A stretch of 64,000 bases of DNA from Haliotis rubra (taxonomy: Eukaryota). This document shows, in pieces, positions 39,646-52,692 of this stretch (its first letter is position 1; each line of letters begins with the position of its first letter). A model generated the notes under the pieces. The model was not told the origin of the DNA, ran no database searches, and saw only the letters and a list, made by a program, of their open reading frames with translations. Location: NCBI RefSeq assembly GCF_003918875.1, contig NW_025767086.1, positions 434,001-498,000 of the forward strand, in the 5' to 3' direction. The position numbers were made by a program, and so were the translations under genes.

Positions 39646-40181
39646 CTAGGCAAGGAAAGTTGTCCGATGTCGGTGGCAACGACTGCGCCACAAGCAGCAT
39701 GAATACTGACAGCGACAGCAGCATCGTGATCTCTAGCGCAACCTTCTCCCCGGCGTCTGGAGGTAGCAGGAAGCCCAGCAGACCCACAGCAGAGATCAGT
39801 ATACAGGGAAACAGCAGGTTCACGATGTAGAAGAACGGCTTACGTCGCATGGAGATGTAGAACGTCACGTCGGGATAGGGTTCCGGGCAGCAGCTGTAGA
39901 ACTTCTCGTGACGCGCAGCTGGGACACTCAACAGCTCCCACTCTGTGTTGACTTTGTAGTCCGATATATCAGCTGCCTTGTCGCCGATGGTGATGTTGAG
40001 CTGGTGCCCACTGTAGGCCCAGGAACCGAACCGAAGGGCACAGGTTTGACCGTCGAAGGGGAAGTAGGTGACGTCGACAGGACAGAGACTTTTGATGACG
40101 GTGGGGAAGTTGTAACTGGCGGCGCCGTCTGAGGTGAAGGTCGGCCTGTAGTCCTTCAGTCCAATAAGTTCGTCTCCAGCA
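39646..40181 (-). CDS. nAChR alpha subunit exon (Cys loop, loops B/C, TM1, TM2); alpha7/9/10-like
   Basis: CPVDVTYFPFDGQTC Cys loop, FGSWAY, YSCCPEPY vicinal cysteines (alpha type) and GEK before M2; phase 2/1. Confidence 0.97.
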
Positions 40182-40499
40182 CTGGGATGGGTCCAAAAGA
40201 ATTGTTGTTACAGCAACACACATATCTTTTAAGTATGTTGTCATTTACAGAGGTTTGGAAACATGGCGGTCGTCAGTTTGAATGGCTGGTTTCATCGTTT
40301 TTGTTTTTAACCCCGCAATCAGCAATATTCCAGCTATAAAATGGAGATATGTCTGGACCAAGCAATCACATGGGTGACATTTTAAACATCGACTCGTGTT
40401 ACGCTGACATGCTATCAGCTAAGTCTGAGCTCTCTGAGCGACTTGATCCATGTAGTCCCCTCTTGGTATTCTTACCTGGTTTCCTCACGGGTCACTATG

Positions 40500-40864
40500 T
40501 GAGGTGAGGTGGTGAGGTGAAATTGGGTTTAACGTCGTGCTGAAGAATATTTCGCTCATATGACGCCGTGCATGCGAGTGTATGTGTAGGTGCGGCTGCT
40601 TGTACTAGCCCAGACATAAGCTGGTTTTATAGTGCTAGCCTCACTGAGATACAATGCCGCAGTGAAGCATGAATACCCCACTCAGACACATTATACAGAC
40701 TCCGAGCCGACCAGTCCTTGTTGTACCCATTAATGCCGAGCGCCAGGCAGGGACCAACAAGTACCATATTTTAACGTCTTTTGGTATGACGCGGTCGGGG
40801 ATCGAACCCGCGACCTTCCGCTCTCCGGGCGGACGCTCTAACCACTACACCACGGAGGCGGTCG
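40500..40864 (-). mobile_element. tRNA-derived SINE (family C) in a nAChR intron
   Basis: Reverse-complement match to 5794-6080; intact A/B boxes; flanked by the direct repeat gggtcactatgt at ~40489 and ~40864 (candidate TSD). Confidence 0.85.
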
Positions 40865-40916
40865 GGTCACTATGTAAAACAGAGTTACAGAAAGGACTAA
40901 TGTGAATCTCACTCAC

Positions 40917-41026
40917 TTGTCATATAGAGTAATATCTGGAGTCCATACTTTCTTATAGGGAAGGATGAGTTTTGAGATGCCGCCGTACTCGGTGGCGTTC
41001 CAGGTCATCTGACAGTCGTACCAGTT
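40917..41026 (-). CDS. nAChR exon (NWYDCQMTWNATEYGGI...VWTPDITLYD; loop A)
   Basis: WxPDI.LY motif; 110-nt exon, phase 0/2. Confidence 0.95.
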
Positions 41027-41575
41027 CTGCAACAAATATACCACCATAAACACCAATATGTGACAGCGGTCGGGATACCTAGTGCACTCAATGGTAGGGA
41101 GTAGAGGCAACTCTTCGGCTCATTAACTAAGAGTGTAGAATGGAAATAAATATCAACTGTGCAGATAAAGGGTAAAATGTCCAGAAGAGCCTAGAAGGTG
41201 GAGCGGAAGGTTGTGTACTACCAAAATATCTCGTAATTGCTGGAGTGCAAAGGAAAATCACTCTTGGATTTACGACTGTTCATAAGTATTCCACGCCCCA
41301 GATGAACTATGCACCATATATGTAGGCTCTAAAACTCAATAATTCCGCCAAAATACAAAAGACATCCACATTGTCATTTCGCTCTTCTATTCAGATGTAA
41401 GTACGTCCACCGTGGATCAGGGCACAGTATCGTTGAGTTGTCTGTATACCTATCTGAAATCTTTAGGATCTCTCATAGGAAGCACGGATAAGATGTAGGC
41501 AATTACTGGATTGACAAAAGAACCCTTTTACCAACTTGAATGAAAGAATATTCGAGTGACTGATGCAGCACTTAC

Positions 41576-41620
41576 CAATCGGACCCAGACGTTGACAGTC
41601 AATATCTGGCTGGGTTCATC
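41576..41620 (-). CDS. nAChR 45-nt exon (DEPSQILTVNVWVRL; loop D)
   Basis: DE..Q.L..N.W motif; ccag/gtaag boundaries. Confidence 0.92.
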
Positions 41621-42106
41621 CTGGAACAAAATAAAATCTATATTATGATGTCGACTGGAGCTCCAGATTAACGACGAGGATGGTTCAGTTCACCGTATAA
41701 CCTGTCATTATACTGAGATTGTTGTTATATAGTGTTCTGTATAGTCTAAGGAATGTTTTAACATGCACAATCGTGTTTGAACATTTCAGCATGCTATCTT
41801 AATATAAAATGTATCATAATATCACCCTTGTTTCTACTTTTTACTAAAGGAAAATCTACATTCTCTGATGTTTCTTGACATCTCCACATAGTTTGTGTAG
41901 GTTAGAAACATTGTCATGCAAAGGTGAAACGGCATGTCCCCCTCTATATATAAGTTGTTTTTGGAGAATAGTACATTAATCACCAAAGGAATGCTGTCAA
42001 TCTACCTTCGTCTTCCACAATGACATGTAGCACTGCAGTGGCGTGTCAGAAACATTCAACATTCAATATCCCTAAGGTTACAGGGAAACAATACCTATGT
42101 ACTAAC

Positions 42107-42246
42107 CAGCTCCATGATCTGTCTGACAGCGATGCCAACTTTCACCTCTATAGGAGCGTCCTCTTCACAGATTGGCCGCACTTCTTTCTTGTACTTGGCA
42201 AACAGCTTGTCCAGTAGTGCTCGTTGGTGGGCGTCGAGACCTGCTA
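42107..42246 (-). CDS. nAChR exon encoding the mature N-terminus (AHQRALLDKLFAKYKKEVRP...QIMEL); signal-peptide exon not located
   Basis: L...LF..Y...VRP motif; 140-nt exon, phase 1/0. Confidence 0.9.
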
Positions 42247-43482
42247 CTGTAAGAAATGTTGATGTACATAATCGACGTAATACTGGAGGACAGTACCTAG
42301 TATGTCCTGAATATATAGAATAATACAGATCAGGTATATACATTCCCGCAGATGTGTCAATACTATAACTATATATCAAATCGCACATGAACAATGAAAA
42401 CCACAATAATTGATTGTTCTTTAGGCCAACATGTCATACAATACACACTTGTACTTGCATAATATATTTTACGCATGTGCACTCATGATAGTTCGATGGA
42501 TCTTTAACATAAATAATGTTTTCTTACTGATGGATAGACAAATGGATCTTATGTCGTAACAGATGATAACATTAGAGGGAACGCGGATATCGTATATCAT
42601 TATATAGTGGACACAGCAGGTGTACAATCATCATGTTCTTCACCTTCAGAAATAGATCATTCGTTACAAATATTCTTACTGCATACGGTACATACAACTT
42701 TACTCGGTTTCTCAGCGCCTATTGTATTGTATCCACTTAAGCAAAGAAGAAAAAGCCTCTTCATTACTTCTAACTTTCTTTAAAATCACTGTCACTTCAA
42801 CAAACGTTAACGATGAACTAATGATTTTGTAACCCAGTCGTGTTTATAACCATCAATCTTTGTTTGAAGATAACAAGCAACAGAGATGTTGCCCTGACAT
42901 TTAGAACAATCCATACCTCGACAAAACCATACAAGCAAAGAAACTATCTGATATGTTCAGCCTAATTTGTTATATTGCCGGTTTGTTTCTGACTATCATT
43001 GAAATGGATGCCTTGAAATTATGCAATTCACATAAAGGGAAATTGCTTTCCCACAGTCACACTATGTGAAAAGGTTTGGTAACTGAAAGCTACTATTTGA
43101 TACAAATTTACGGACATATTGGTGGACAGCTTACATAATTCAAAATCGGTAAACCTGTTGAGTTGGCGCTGTCTTACAAAATACTACTTTGATGATACAA
43201 AATGCAAAACTTATCAACTTTCTCTAAAACTAAACTCTGTAAGACTGAAACATGGATTTTTATTACTAATAAATAACCTTCAACGAAAGACTGTTTTACG
43301 TTCAACATTCACCAAGACGATTGTTGACGAGTTTGATCATGTAAAAGATGAAGCACTTGAATCCGGTGTCTATTCGTTATATGGGACACAGGGCGACACA
43401 TTTCTTTCTTCAAATTGTACTATCATCAAGTTCATGATAGAACATAGTTCGGTCATCGCCAACTGGATGTTACTGATCCAAG

Positions 43483-43553
43483 TTAGTTAGTTAGCCTTTT
43501 AAGTTAGTTAGTTAGCCTTTTAAGTTAGTTAGTTAGCCTTTTAAGTTAGTTAG
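43483..43553. repeat. Short ~21 bp tandem repeat (agttagttagttagcctttta) x3
   Basis: Direct repeats. Confidence 0.8.
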
Positions 43554-46500
43554 CCTGTTTGTTCAGATGTGGCCTGTAATTGATTGTCGTCAGATCTATG
43601 TTGAGCTGTGGCTAGAACTAAAATCTGATCTGCAAAATTTACAGGGTTACAACATGAATGACTAAGTCAAGTTTTCCCGAAACGTTTTTGGTAGGCATGT
43701 TGAGAACATTCCAGATGTGACCCACCAATGACCAAATGCGATTCCCAATTATAATGTGTACCACATGAGATTGTACATATCAACACTTGGTCTGTTTTAT
43801 TGTTATGTTAGAGACATAAGTGCACGATGAGTTGTCTACACTATTGCTTCACAACCCAATCAGGATATACATTAAAATTGAAACGTCTCATCATAATAGA
43901 ATGGAACAGGTTGTCATCCATTAAATATCCTGTCTTCAATGATGCCTTTAGCTACTGTGTGGAAGACACCCTTGCATACTACCGCTCCCAAAACGTGGAT
44001 CAAGACACGGGACGCTGAAGACCTATGCTTGGAAAGAGTTGTTCGTATTCTGTACTCAGCGTCGCCTGACACATGTTGCAGATATGACAATGGATACGAC
44101 AGTGTTATACTCACCAAGTAGTCCGATGAATATTACCAATGCTAAGCGAGCCATTTCAGTTTGTGTATGTATCTGTCCCGACCTCACCAAATGTCCTGAG
44201 ACAAGTAATAACCAAACAGATTGTGCCCCAGCTGTTGAAGGGAAGGGAGTTATCGTTACTAATCACTTCACTGTCAGGTAGTTCAGCCAACCAAGTGGGC
44301 AACATGAGACTATTCGGCCTCTAATTATCCCCTTTGTTATGCAAAGTTTGTGTGAAGGTGTTAATTGGCAGACTGTGAGTACTACCAACAGAGGCGACAT
44401 GCAAAGGTTGAATACTAATTAAACAATGCTCTGAACAATAAGCATCACAGTGGCATACAGATGTCTCAATGCTTGGATGATCATAGAACAGTAGCTTCCA
44501 AAAGGTTGTGTCAGCAATATACTGCTCATTGTCCTACAACAAACAAATGTCGGACTTCGCCTCCGGCTATGTGAAAAGACTGATTGAGCTAACGTTGCAG
44601 ATGTACCTAACCAATTTCGATGTTTTTCTTTCTTATTTAAGCATTGTTTAATTTGATCCCTTTGGAAATAGATAACGTTATGTCTTCACTAAATTCATAA
44701 CGAATAAGTATACTGAAGAGCTAACGTTGGTACAGAGAAGACGTGGTGAGCCATAGGAGTGTTGTTGTAATTACCTTTACCGTTGGCTGTATGAGTATCA
44801 CTTTCCAACCGTAGTGACTCATCGGAGACGGGAATAATCGGTAAAAGATATATTTTTATTGAATCATTATTTTTGATATGTTATTCCCGTTTTTCATATA
44901 AGGCATTGTATTAAAAAAACACAGTGCCCTCATTGAACACGTGGATGTTAGTTACTGGGTTTAAAAAATAATAGAAATACATATATCACATGAAAATAAT
45001 TTAGTTATTCTGTTTTCTTCATATGAATGACGACTGAACATATGTAGTTAAAGGGTGGCTTCAGTGTCTACTGGACACATCTACACGTTGGTCAAGGGGT
45101 AATGTTAGTGTGAACAGGGATTCATATCCGTAGGAAGGTCAAGTAGATGTTGCCTCGGGTCATCGTAATGATCACATGAGGAAAGGCAATGCACTTTCTC
45201 CTATTAAGAAACCAAATTTACACATTCTGAAATTAAAGTATGCGGGCGAGAAAAGCGTCCAAATGATATTTTGAAAGGTAGATTGTCATATTTCATTGGG
45301 CCAGAAATGAAAGTTACTCGTACAGGGCTACAGTGTTACCCGACTCGATCAAAACAAATCGACAAAGGGTTGAACGTCTGGGGATTAACGTCCTTGAAAG
45401 AAGGATTAAAGGTGTACTAAGCCAGCGGTAGACACCCGTCGATTTAAATGACATAGACCAAAGACAATAAAATAATAAAAAAACATCGAACTAATTTACG
45501 TACATAATACTATATCGTCTGTCTTTTCAGCTACATCTATAGTATTTTATATAACTGAACTTTTTTCCTTATTGGTACCACTTTATTATGTGTATATTTT
45601 AATACGTTTTTAGATACGTTTATGTCATATTCCTATAATGTTTTAGTATTTTAGTATTTATTTGTCTCTCGTAAATCGTTGGGCAATTGGCTGTGTGTGT
45701 TTTTATAACTACGTTGTATGTACATATTTTATGAACTGTAATATGTACACAAGTGATTCCATGAGAGAATATTTAAAACAACACGAAACTGCAATGGAAT
45801 CATGTGCGAAATACGTATTATGTCGAAAAGCGCACGTTAAATCTCCAAATCATCATCATCATCATGCAATGGAAGTAATTATTGTTTACCTCCCACTTGT
45901 CTGATACATGCTTGTCTGACAGCCGAACCTGCTCCTGTGGAAGCAGTCGAGAGGATCCCTTTCATTACTTCCTTCAGTGACCTCTGTATGATAGATTCAG
46001 ATTTAACAAATACTTTTTCAAAATAATGTAAGTTTACATGCTATTCTAATCTTTGTTTCAGTATTAAAGCGAATTGATAATAAAATCTGTCTAGAAGTTC
46101 TTGAATGATGCCAACCGTTTTTCATTAAGTGTGGTACCATATGTTGTATTTAGTTTGAATTTATTGAATCATGAAAACATTTGTCTGCGCATTTTCTATA
46201 TTTCCATAAATGTATTAATAAACCAATAATTTTGTAAAAACCATTTAAATGATTAATAAAAAAATAAATTTAAAAAAATAAAATAAATAAACCCATTCGT
46301 CAAGTTTAGGAGAAGCACTTATATAGGCTGATGCAGCCTGTTTGCTGATCCGTTTTCCTTTTGTATTTATTATTCTTTATTGTATATCATATGGCTGTCG
46401 GGGAATAAAATACTTTAAATCAATTAATGTTTACGTATTGAAGTTGAATCTGGCCATCTGGGTATGTACGTACATTTAGGATAAGTGAGTAAGACTTTTA

Positions 46501-47585
46501 AAACCGGCATTCGCCTCAAGATCCTTATTCTAAAACTGAATGTGTAAATCCATTAGACGTAAGTTCATGTTCGTAAGTTTGCAACCAACAAAGAGACGCA
46601 TAGTTGTGTTCTCACTTACACTACTCTATTTCTTTATTACAGAGTGATTCTTTCAGTATTATTTGGAAAGACCAGAGGATTCTGTTGCAGCGAAAAGTCG
46701 GAGCACTTTTGTGGTTGTTTTATTTGTTTGGTTTGCTTTGCTGGGAGTGTGTTTTGGGCTTGTTGTTTTGTCTTCTTTATACTTTTTTGGTTATGACCAA
46801 TTAGATTGTTTTGTTGTTCTTTTATTTAATGGAGCGAGGTGGGTGCGTTTTACAGAATTTAGACTGATCGAGACGAAAACGACTGTTGGTAATTTTGGAT
46901 ATCACACCCATCACCACCAGAGGAAACCGTTCCCAGGGATAGTCTATTAGACTACTGTATAGTCCCTGAAAATGATATTTTGAATAGGAGGCCCGGAAAG
47001 ATTGTTGGTTCAGAACCTGTGGAAAATCTAAGAGTTGTTTGTTTCTTTGTATATACCTGACACGGGAAAGCCGCTTCAAACGTAGATGTTGCCTCGCTTT
47101 GATTGGTTGATACAGTTTGTGCTAAAAATGCCGTGATCTGATTGGCTAATTAAAAATAACTCGATGGTAACGTGAAAAGTGGATATCGGAGGCTGGGGCA
47201 ATTGGGAAACCCCAATGCTAAGAATAGACACGAGGTAAAATCTGGTTTTGAAATACAGCTTTGATTTTTAAAAGGTGTCATTGAAAAGGGAATCCTAACT
47301 AAGTGCAAACATTTTCGGAAATGCACCTGTCCTTCTTGGCTCATGCAGACATAATGCCATCTCAGGCGTCTGTATTCATCATGTCAAAGTATCGAGTGAA
47401 TATCTTGAAAGGCATTTATTATTAGAAGGTGGACGATGTATTATAATTAATTGTTTCGGCCTCCAAATAAGTTAGTAGGTTGAGAGGGATTACAAACTAT
47501 TCATATGGGAACACATGCTCACTAAACAATTATTAAAGCAAGAGAGTCGAGTTGGATATTTGCTTCACTTAAAGCTCTGCCTTCT

Positions 47586-48272
47586 ATAACCCAGTACAAT
47601 AATGACGTATTTGAGACACCATTCTTCATGCCATAACCCGGTACAATAATGACGTATTTGAGACACCATTCTTCATGCCATAACCCAGTACAATAATGAC
47701 GTATTTGAGACACCATCCTTCATTCCATAACCCAGTACAATAATGACGTATTTGAGACACCATCCTTCGTGCCATAACCCAGTACAATAATGACGTATTT
47801 GAAACACCATCCTTCATTCCATAACCCGGTACAATAATGACGTATTTGAGACACCATCCTTCATTCCATAACCCGGTACAATAATGACGTATTTGAGACA
47901 CCATGCCATAACCCGGTACAATAATGACGTATTTGAGACACCATCCTTCATGCCATAACCCAGTACAATAATGACGTATTTGAGACACCATCCTTCATTC
48001 CATAACCCAGTACAATAATGACGTATTTGAGACACCATCCTTCATTCCATAACCCAGTACAATAATGACGTATTTGAGACACCATCCTTCATTCCATAAC
48101 CCAGTACAATAATGACGTATTTGAGACACCATCCTTCATTCCATAACCCGGTACAATAATGACGTATTTGAGACACCATCCTTCATGTCATAACCAGTAC
48201 ATATAATGACGTATTTGAGACACCATCCTTCATTCCACAACCCGGTACAATAATGACGTATTTGAGACACCA
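47586..48272. repeat. Minisatellite, 47 bp unit, ~15 copies (ataacccagtacaataatgacgtatttgagacaccatccttcattcc)
   Basis: Period 47 measured between 47586 and 47633. Confidence 0.95.
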
Positions 48273-48350
48273 AAGTTAGATGTTCTTACATGTACATATT
48301 GTAACTACCTACTGCTCCATATGTCTGAAATAAAGCCAATGCGACGTTAT

Positions 48351-48374
48351 TCTCTCTCTGTCTCTCTCTCTCTG

Positions 48375-48432
<58 letters not shown>
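48351..48432. repeat. (CT)n microsatellite
   Basis: Direct reading. Confidence 0.95.
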
Positions 48433-48436
<4 letters not shown>

Positions 48437-49690
48437 AATAATGTTTAACGACATTCTAATGAGATTTTCTGTTTATCAGAATAAACTGTATCTGATAATT
48501 CATTATTACTCCTTGCACAAATTTTCACATTTGCATATATGCTCCGCAGTAATTTTCCCATTTTGCGACTGGCACCATGCTTGTCTAAGAGATTCCATAG
48601 TTTGTTCCTGTTTATTGAATCGAACGCCTTGGAAAAATCTACAAATAAGACATAGAATTTTTGTCCCTTTTGATTAAGATATTTCTGAATAATAGAATGT
48701 AAAACAAATATGTTATCAATAGTAGCGTATCCCTTCCTAAAGCCAGCTTGTGATTCTGTTATCTTGTCTAGAGTATCTGCCCATTTAACTAACCTCTTAT
48801 TTATGGTAGATGTAAATATTTTGCTAAATATGCTTAATAACGTTATGCCCCTATAATTTTCAGGATTGTTTACGTCTCCGTTCTTATGTATAGGAACTAT
48901 TATGCCAGTGGACCATTTATTCAAATTCAAACAATCCAAATGGGTACGGAAAATAATGTTTAACGACATTCTAATGAGATTTTCTGTTTATCAGAAGAAC
49001 GTTTCTTCAGTCCAGTGTTATGGATAATGTTTTTTGTTATAAAACAATTGTCAATTCGTTGTGTGAGGGCTTAATATACAGCCTTGTCTGACTCCTAATT
49101 GGCTCAGAAATGTATCTGATAATTCATTATTACTCCTTACACAAATTTTCACATTTGCATATATGCTCCGCAGTAATTTTCCCATTTTGCGACTGGCACC
49201 ATGCTTGTCTAAGAGATTCCATAGTTTGTTCCTGTTTATTGAATCGAACGCCTTGGAAAAATCTACAAATAAGACATAGAATTTTTGTCCCTTTTGATTA
49301 AGATATTTCTGAATAATAGAATGTAAAACAAATATGTTATCAATAGTAGCGTATCCCTTCCTAAAGCCAGTTTGTGATTCTGTTATCTTGTCTAGAGTAT
49401 CTGCCCATTTAACTAACCTCTTATTTATGGTAGATGTAAATATTTTGCTAAATATGCTTAATAACGTTATGCCCCTATAATTTTCAGGATTGTTTACGTC
49501 TCCGTTCTTATGTATAGGAACTATTATGCCAGTGGACCATTTATTCAAATTCAAACAATCCAAATGGGTACGGAAAATAATGTTTAACGACATTCTAATG
49601 AGATTTTCTGTTTATCAGAAGAACGTTTCTTCAGTCCAGTGTTATGGATAATGTTTTTTGTTATAAAACAATTGTCAATTCGTTGTGTGA
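48432..49690 (-). mobile_element. Tandemly duplicated non-LTR (RTE-X/CR1-group-like) RT fragment, period 623 bp
   Basis: PIHK.GD...NYRGITLLS..SK, QAGFR, FVDFSKAFDSI and GVRQGCILSP motifs; two near-identical copies. Confidence 0.9.
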
Positions 49691-51389
49691 CTGTTAGTGC
49701 CTTCGATCCCGAAATTTCATAGTGTCGGTATCACAAGTTCTCACCTACGCTTTTGCAGTTCTTATCTCCCCTTAAATAAGCTATGGTCGATAGGTGTCGC
49801 GGTTAAGTGACTGTAATATGGCGTAATAAGGGAACTGCCTCCTTTCTGTTTAGAAGGCGGTAATTCACAGAAGTATTTTTTACGTGTTCATGTAAAACTG
49901 CTTGTTATTCATTTGTTTATTATCATAATATGCACTCGAATAACTAACTATTTAAAATATGTTTGCATTTCGAGGACTATTGCACCAAATACATAATCTA
50001 TTGGAAGACAAACTTGGCCCAACTAGGCCAGCACTGGGCAAGTTAATTTATTTTTCCTTACTTGTACTCAATCGACTAAGAGTCGTGATGAGATAACAAA
50101 ATGTTTTATTCACTTCTTCTTCCTCTGTAGCCATTCAGCTAAATATGATGGTTAGCATTTCGGCTAAATCAGTTGTTAATGAGATGAGATGTCTACACTG
50201 GGTATTGTTTTGGAGTATGGAGGGTATTACTTACAACTCTGATATATATAAAAAATATAGTGCTACTGAACCATACAACATGATGTTTATACACACTCAT
50301 ACACATCCTCAAACAAAGCAATGCATAATGTTGTGATATGGGTCTGTTAACTAATGGTGGATATTATATAGGTTAGTTGTAACATGAAATACACAATGCC
50401 CAAATATAACATATGTTATATGGTTTAAGAAAGCTCCGACACTTATTCTTCCACTTGTTATAATGGAGGTTATGCGGGAGTGTGTACATTAACTCTCTTC
50501 AATCACTTAGGCCACTATGGGGCGGTAGGTAAGGCGTTCCCTGTCGCTATGTTGCTGGGATATTGTTGAATGCCGTTCAAAATCATGAGTCACTCAAGGC
50601 TATAAGTCACATCAAGATTGGGAACACCGGAAATGATGGCCATTCACTGTACTCATGAGGAAATCAGGGCTTGATATCCTCGATGACAAGTTTTGTCGGT
50701 AGCTGACGCGTTCGCAAAAAGAACAGCAACACCATATAATGCACAATGTATTTTATTCGCAATACTTTAAGCATGGGCGGATACAGAGAGGAATGCAGAG
50801 GTGCGCACGCACGCTCGCACACACAGACACAGACACACCATTTCCTCATCTCCAGGGATATCCGTCCCTGTTAAGGCTATCACTTGTTTATGGTAAATCC
50901 ACATTCAACATCCATTTAACCATGGTGTACATGCCTGATAATATTTTCATATTGTTTGTTTTTTCTACATGAAAATGACTTTTTATTACAACTGAATATG
51001 CTACTTTGATGTGTTATGTAGAAACACAGACTGTGGTTGATAGTTGTATGCAGTCATGAATCATAAGGGAAATATATACTATTTCAATGAATGTCCCCAA
51101 ACCCCTTCAGTAGTAGGACTTTGAAGTGTGTGATAGCCGGCTCCGTGTCCTAGTAATAACGTGAACCACAGCAGGAAATCCGGCAGTGATGCTGAAATAG
51201 TCCACTATACGCGGAACACCTACAGTATATATAGTAAATTAAGGATGGATGGTGCTCGCGTGCATGGGAAGATAAGCGGACTGTTGCGGACCCCGGAGAT
51301 AGATAGCATTACTTCCATGTGAATACTTTAATACCAGGATTTCTTACATCCCACATCCCACATCCCGTAACCGTAGCACATAGGACACG

Positions 51390-52296
51390 ATGAATAATAC
51401 ATAGATGATATTTTGTTAATGTTGTCAAATAACATGTATATTTCATCGAGTGGTCTGACAAAGTTGATATGTTCACGAGTGGCGCAGCGAGACCACGAGA
51501 TGAAATATACATGTTATTTGACAACGTTAACAAAATATTCTATTTATTCTATTTTATATTATATACTACACATCAAAAGTTTGGACTCACTTAAAACACT
51601 CACTACAAAAATGGTTACATCGAATATGGATTTCTCCACTAACTTGGGGGAACCAACTGCAAACCTTATGCAGATGAACTGCATGAGGGTCATGCATCAA
51701 ATTGCTGAAAAGCATGTGCAAATATCATGCAATGTGAACAGCTGCGTTTTGGTGTAAAGTTTTGTTAAGAATTCGCCAATTTTTCAGTTTCATCATTTAT
51801 TGAACTCATGACAATAATCTTTTCAACGTTACGAATTTGTTTTACAATACATCAGTTCATGTGAAAACAGTACCTTTAAACAATATGGAATATTCTGCAA
51901 ATCCAGTTTAAAACAGTTGACAGCAGTAAGTGGCTAAATTTACATTTGATGGGTAGTATATTAATGATAAAATATCATCTCTGTCGCAAGGGAGGTAATT
52001 CTTTAATCAGAAAGTAGTTTCAGGCAAAAGTGATATTCTACTCAGTGAAATATGGAATATTTTGCAAAATCTAGTTTAAAACAGTTGACAGCAGTAAGTG
52101 GCTAAATTTACACCAGTGAGTCTAAACATTTGACGGGTAGTATATTTATGATAAAATATCATCTCTGTCGCAAGGGAGGTAACTCTTTAATCAGAAAGTA
52201 GTTTCAGGCAAAAGTGATATTCTACTCAGTGAAATATCATGTTATTCTACTATATTCACCAATATTTACAGTATTTCACCCTAAGAATATAATAAA
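51390..52296. mobile_element. Non-autonomous element with a 5' palindrome (51408-51538) and an internal ~170 bp direct duplication
   Basis: atattttgttaa...gtatatttcatc / gatgaaatatac...ttaacaaaatat inverted repeat; ~51880-52050 repeated at ~52050-52236. Confidence 0.55.
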
Positions 52297-52692
52297 TATT
52301 TCATATTTTCCTTGCATGTGCGTTGTTTTTTGCCAGATTAATAATGTGTTTAATGTCAGCAGCAATTTTGGGATGGGAAGAATGCGTTTAGTTGAGAAAC
52401 ATTTTATATATTATACGATCAGCTCATGAAAATTATGTCGAGAAGCGAGTGATGAAAACTCTGTTTCATGATAAGCGATCTGTGCCTTTGACGATATCGT
52501 ATAATGTTCTCTGTGCATACAGTTGCAGGTCTTCAGTATTTATGTTAATTTTAAAAGTTGAACTAGTATGTAAGCACTCTGTGCCGACAGGAGGTAAGCA
52601 TGCATATTTACGATTCCAAGAAGGATCTTGTTTCTGGATGCATTTCCATACCAGGAATGTCAATTACATTATTCGTGTATTTTTTGTTTCAG

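Noticed and set aside
43119-44324. Several 60-120 aa ORFs upstream of the nAChR exons
   Set aside because: No recognisable motifs or consistent splice structure; possibly decayed transposon sequence.
42916-45965. Candidate nAChR signal-peptide exons (donors near 42916, 44774 and 45890)
   Set aside because: The first has an in-frame stop and no ATG, the second is the wrong phase, and the third is phase 1 but not hydrophobic; exon 1 is left unassigned.
47204-47213. NF-kB consensus GGGAAACCCC (and GGGGATTCCC at 61338-61347)
   Set aside because: A rough estimate gives a couple of such matches by chance in 64 kb, and neither is tied to a mapped promoter.
52392-52692. N-terminal 100 aa of the 281-aa ORF
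   Set aside because: Lies upstream of a strong acceptor, has no true ATG at its start and no similarity to the paralogs; probably intron read-through.
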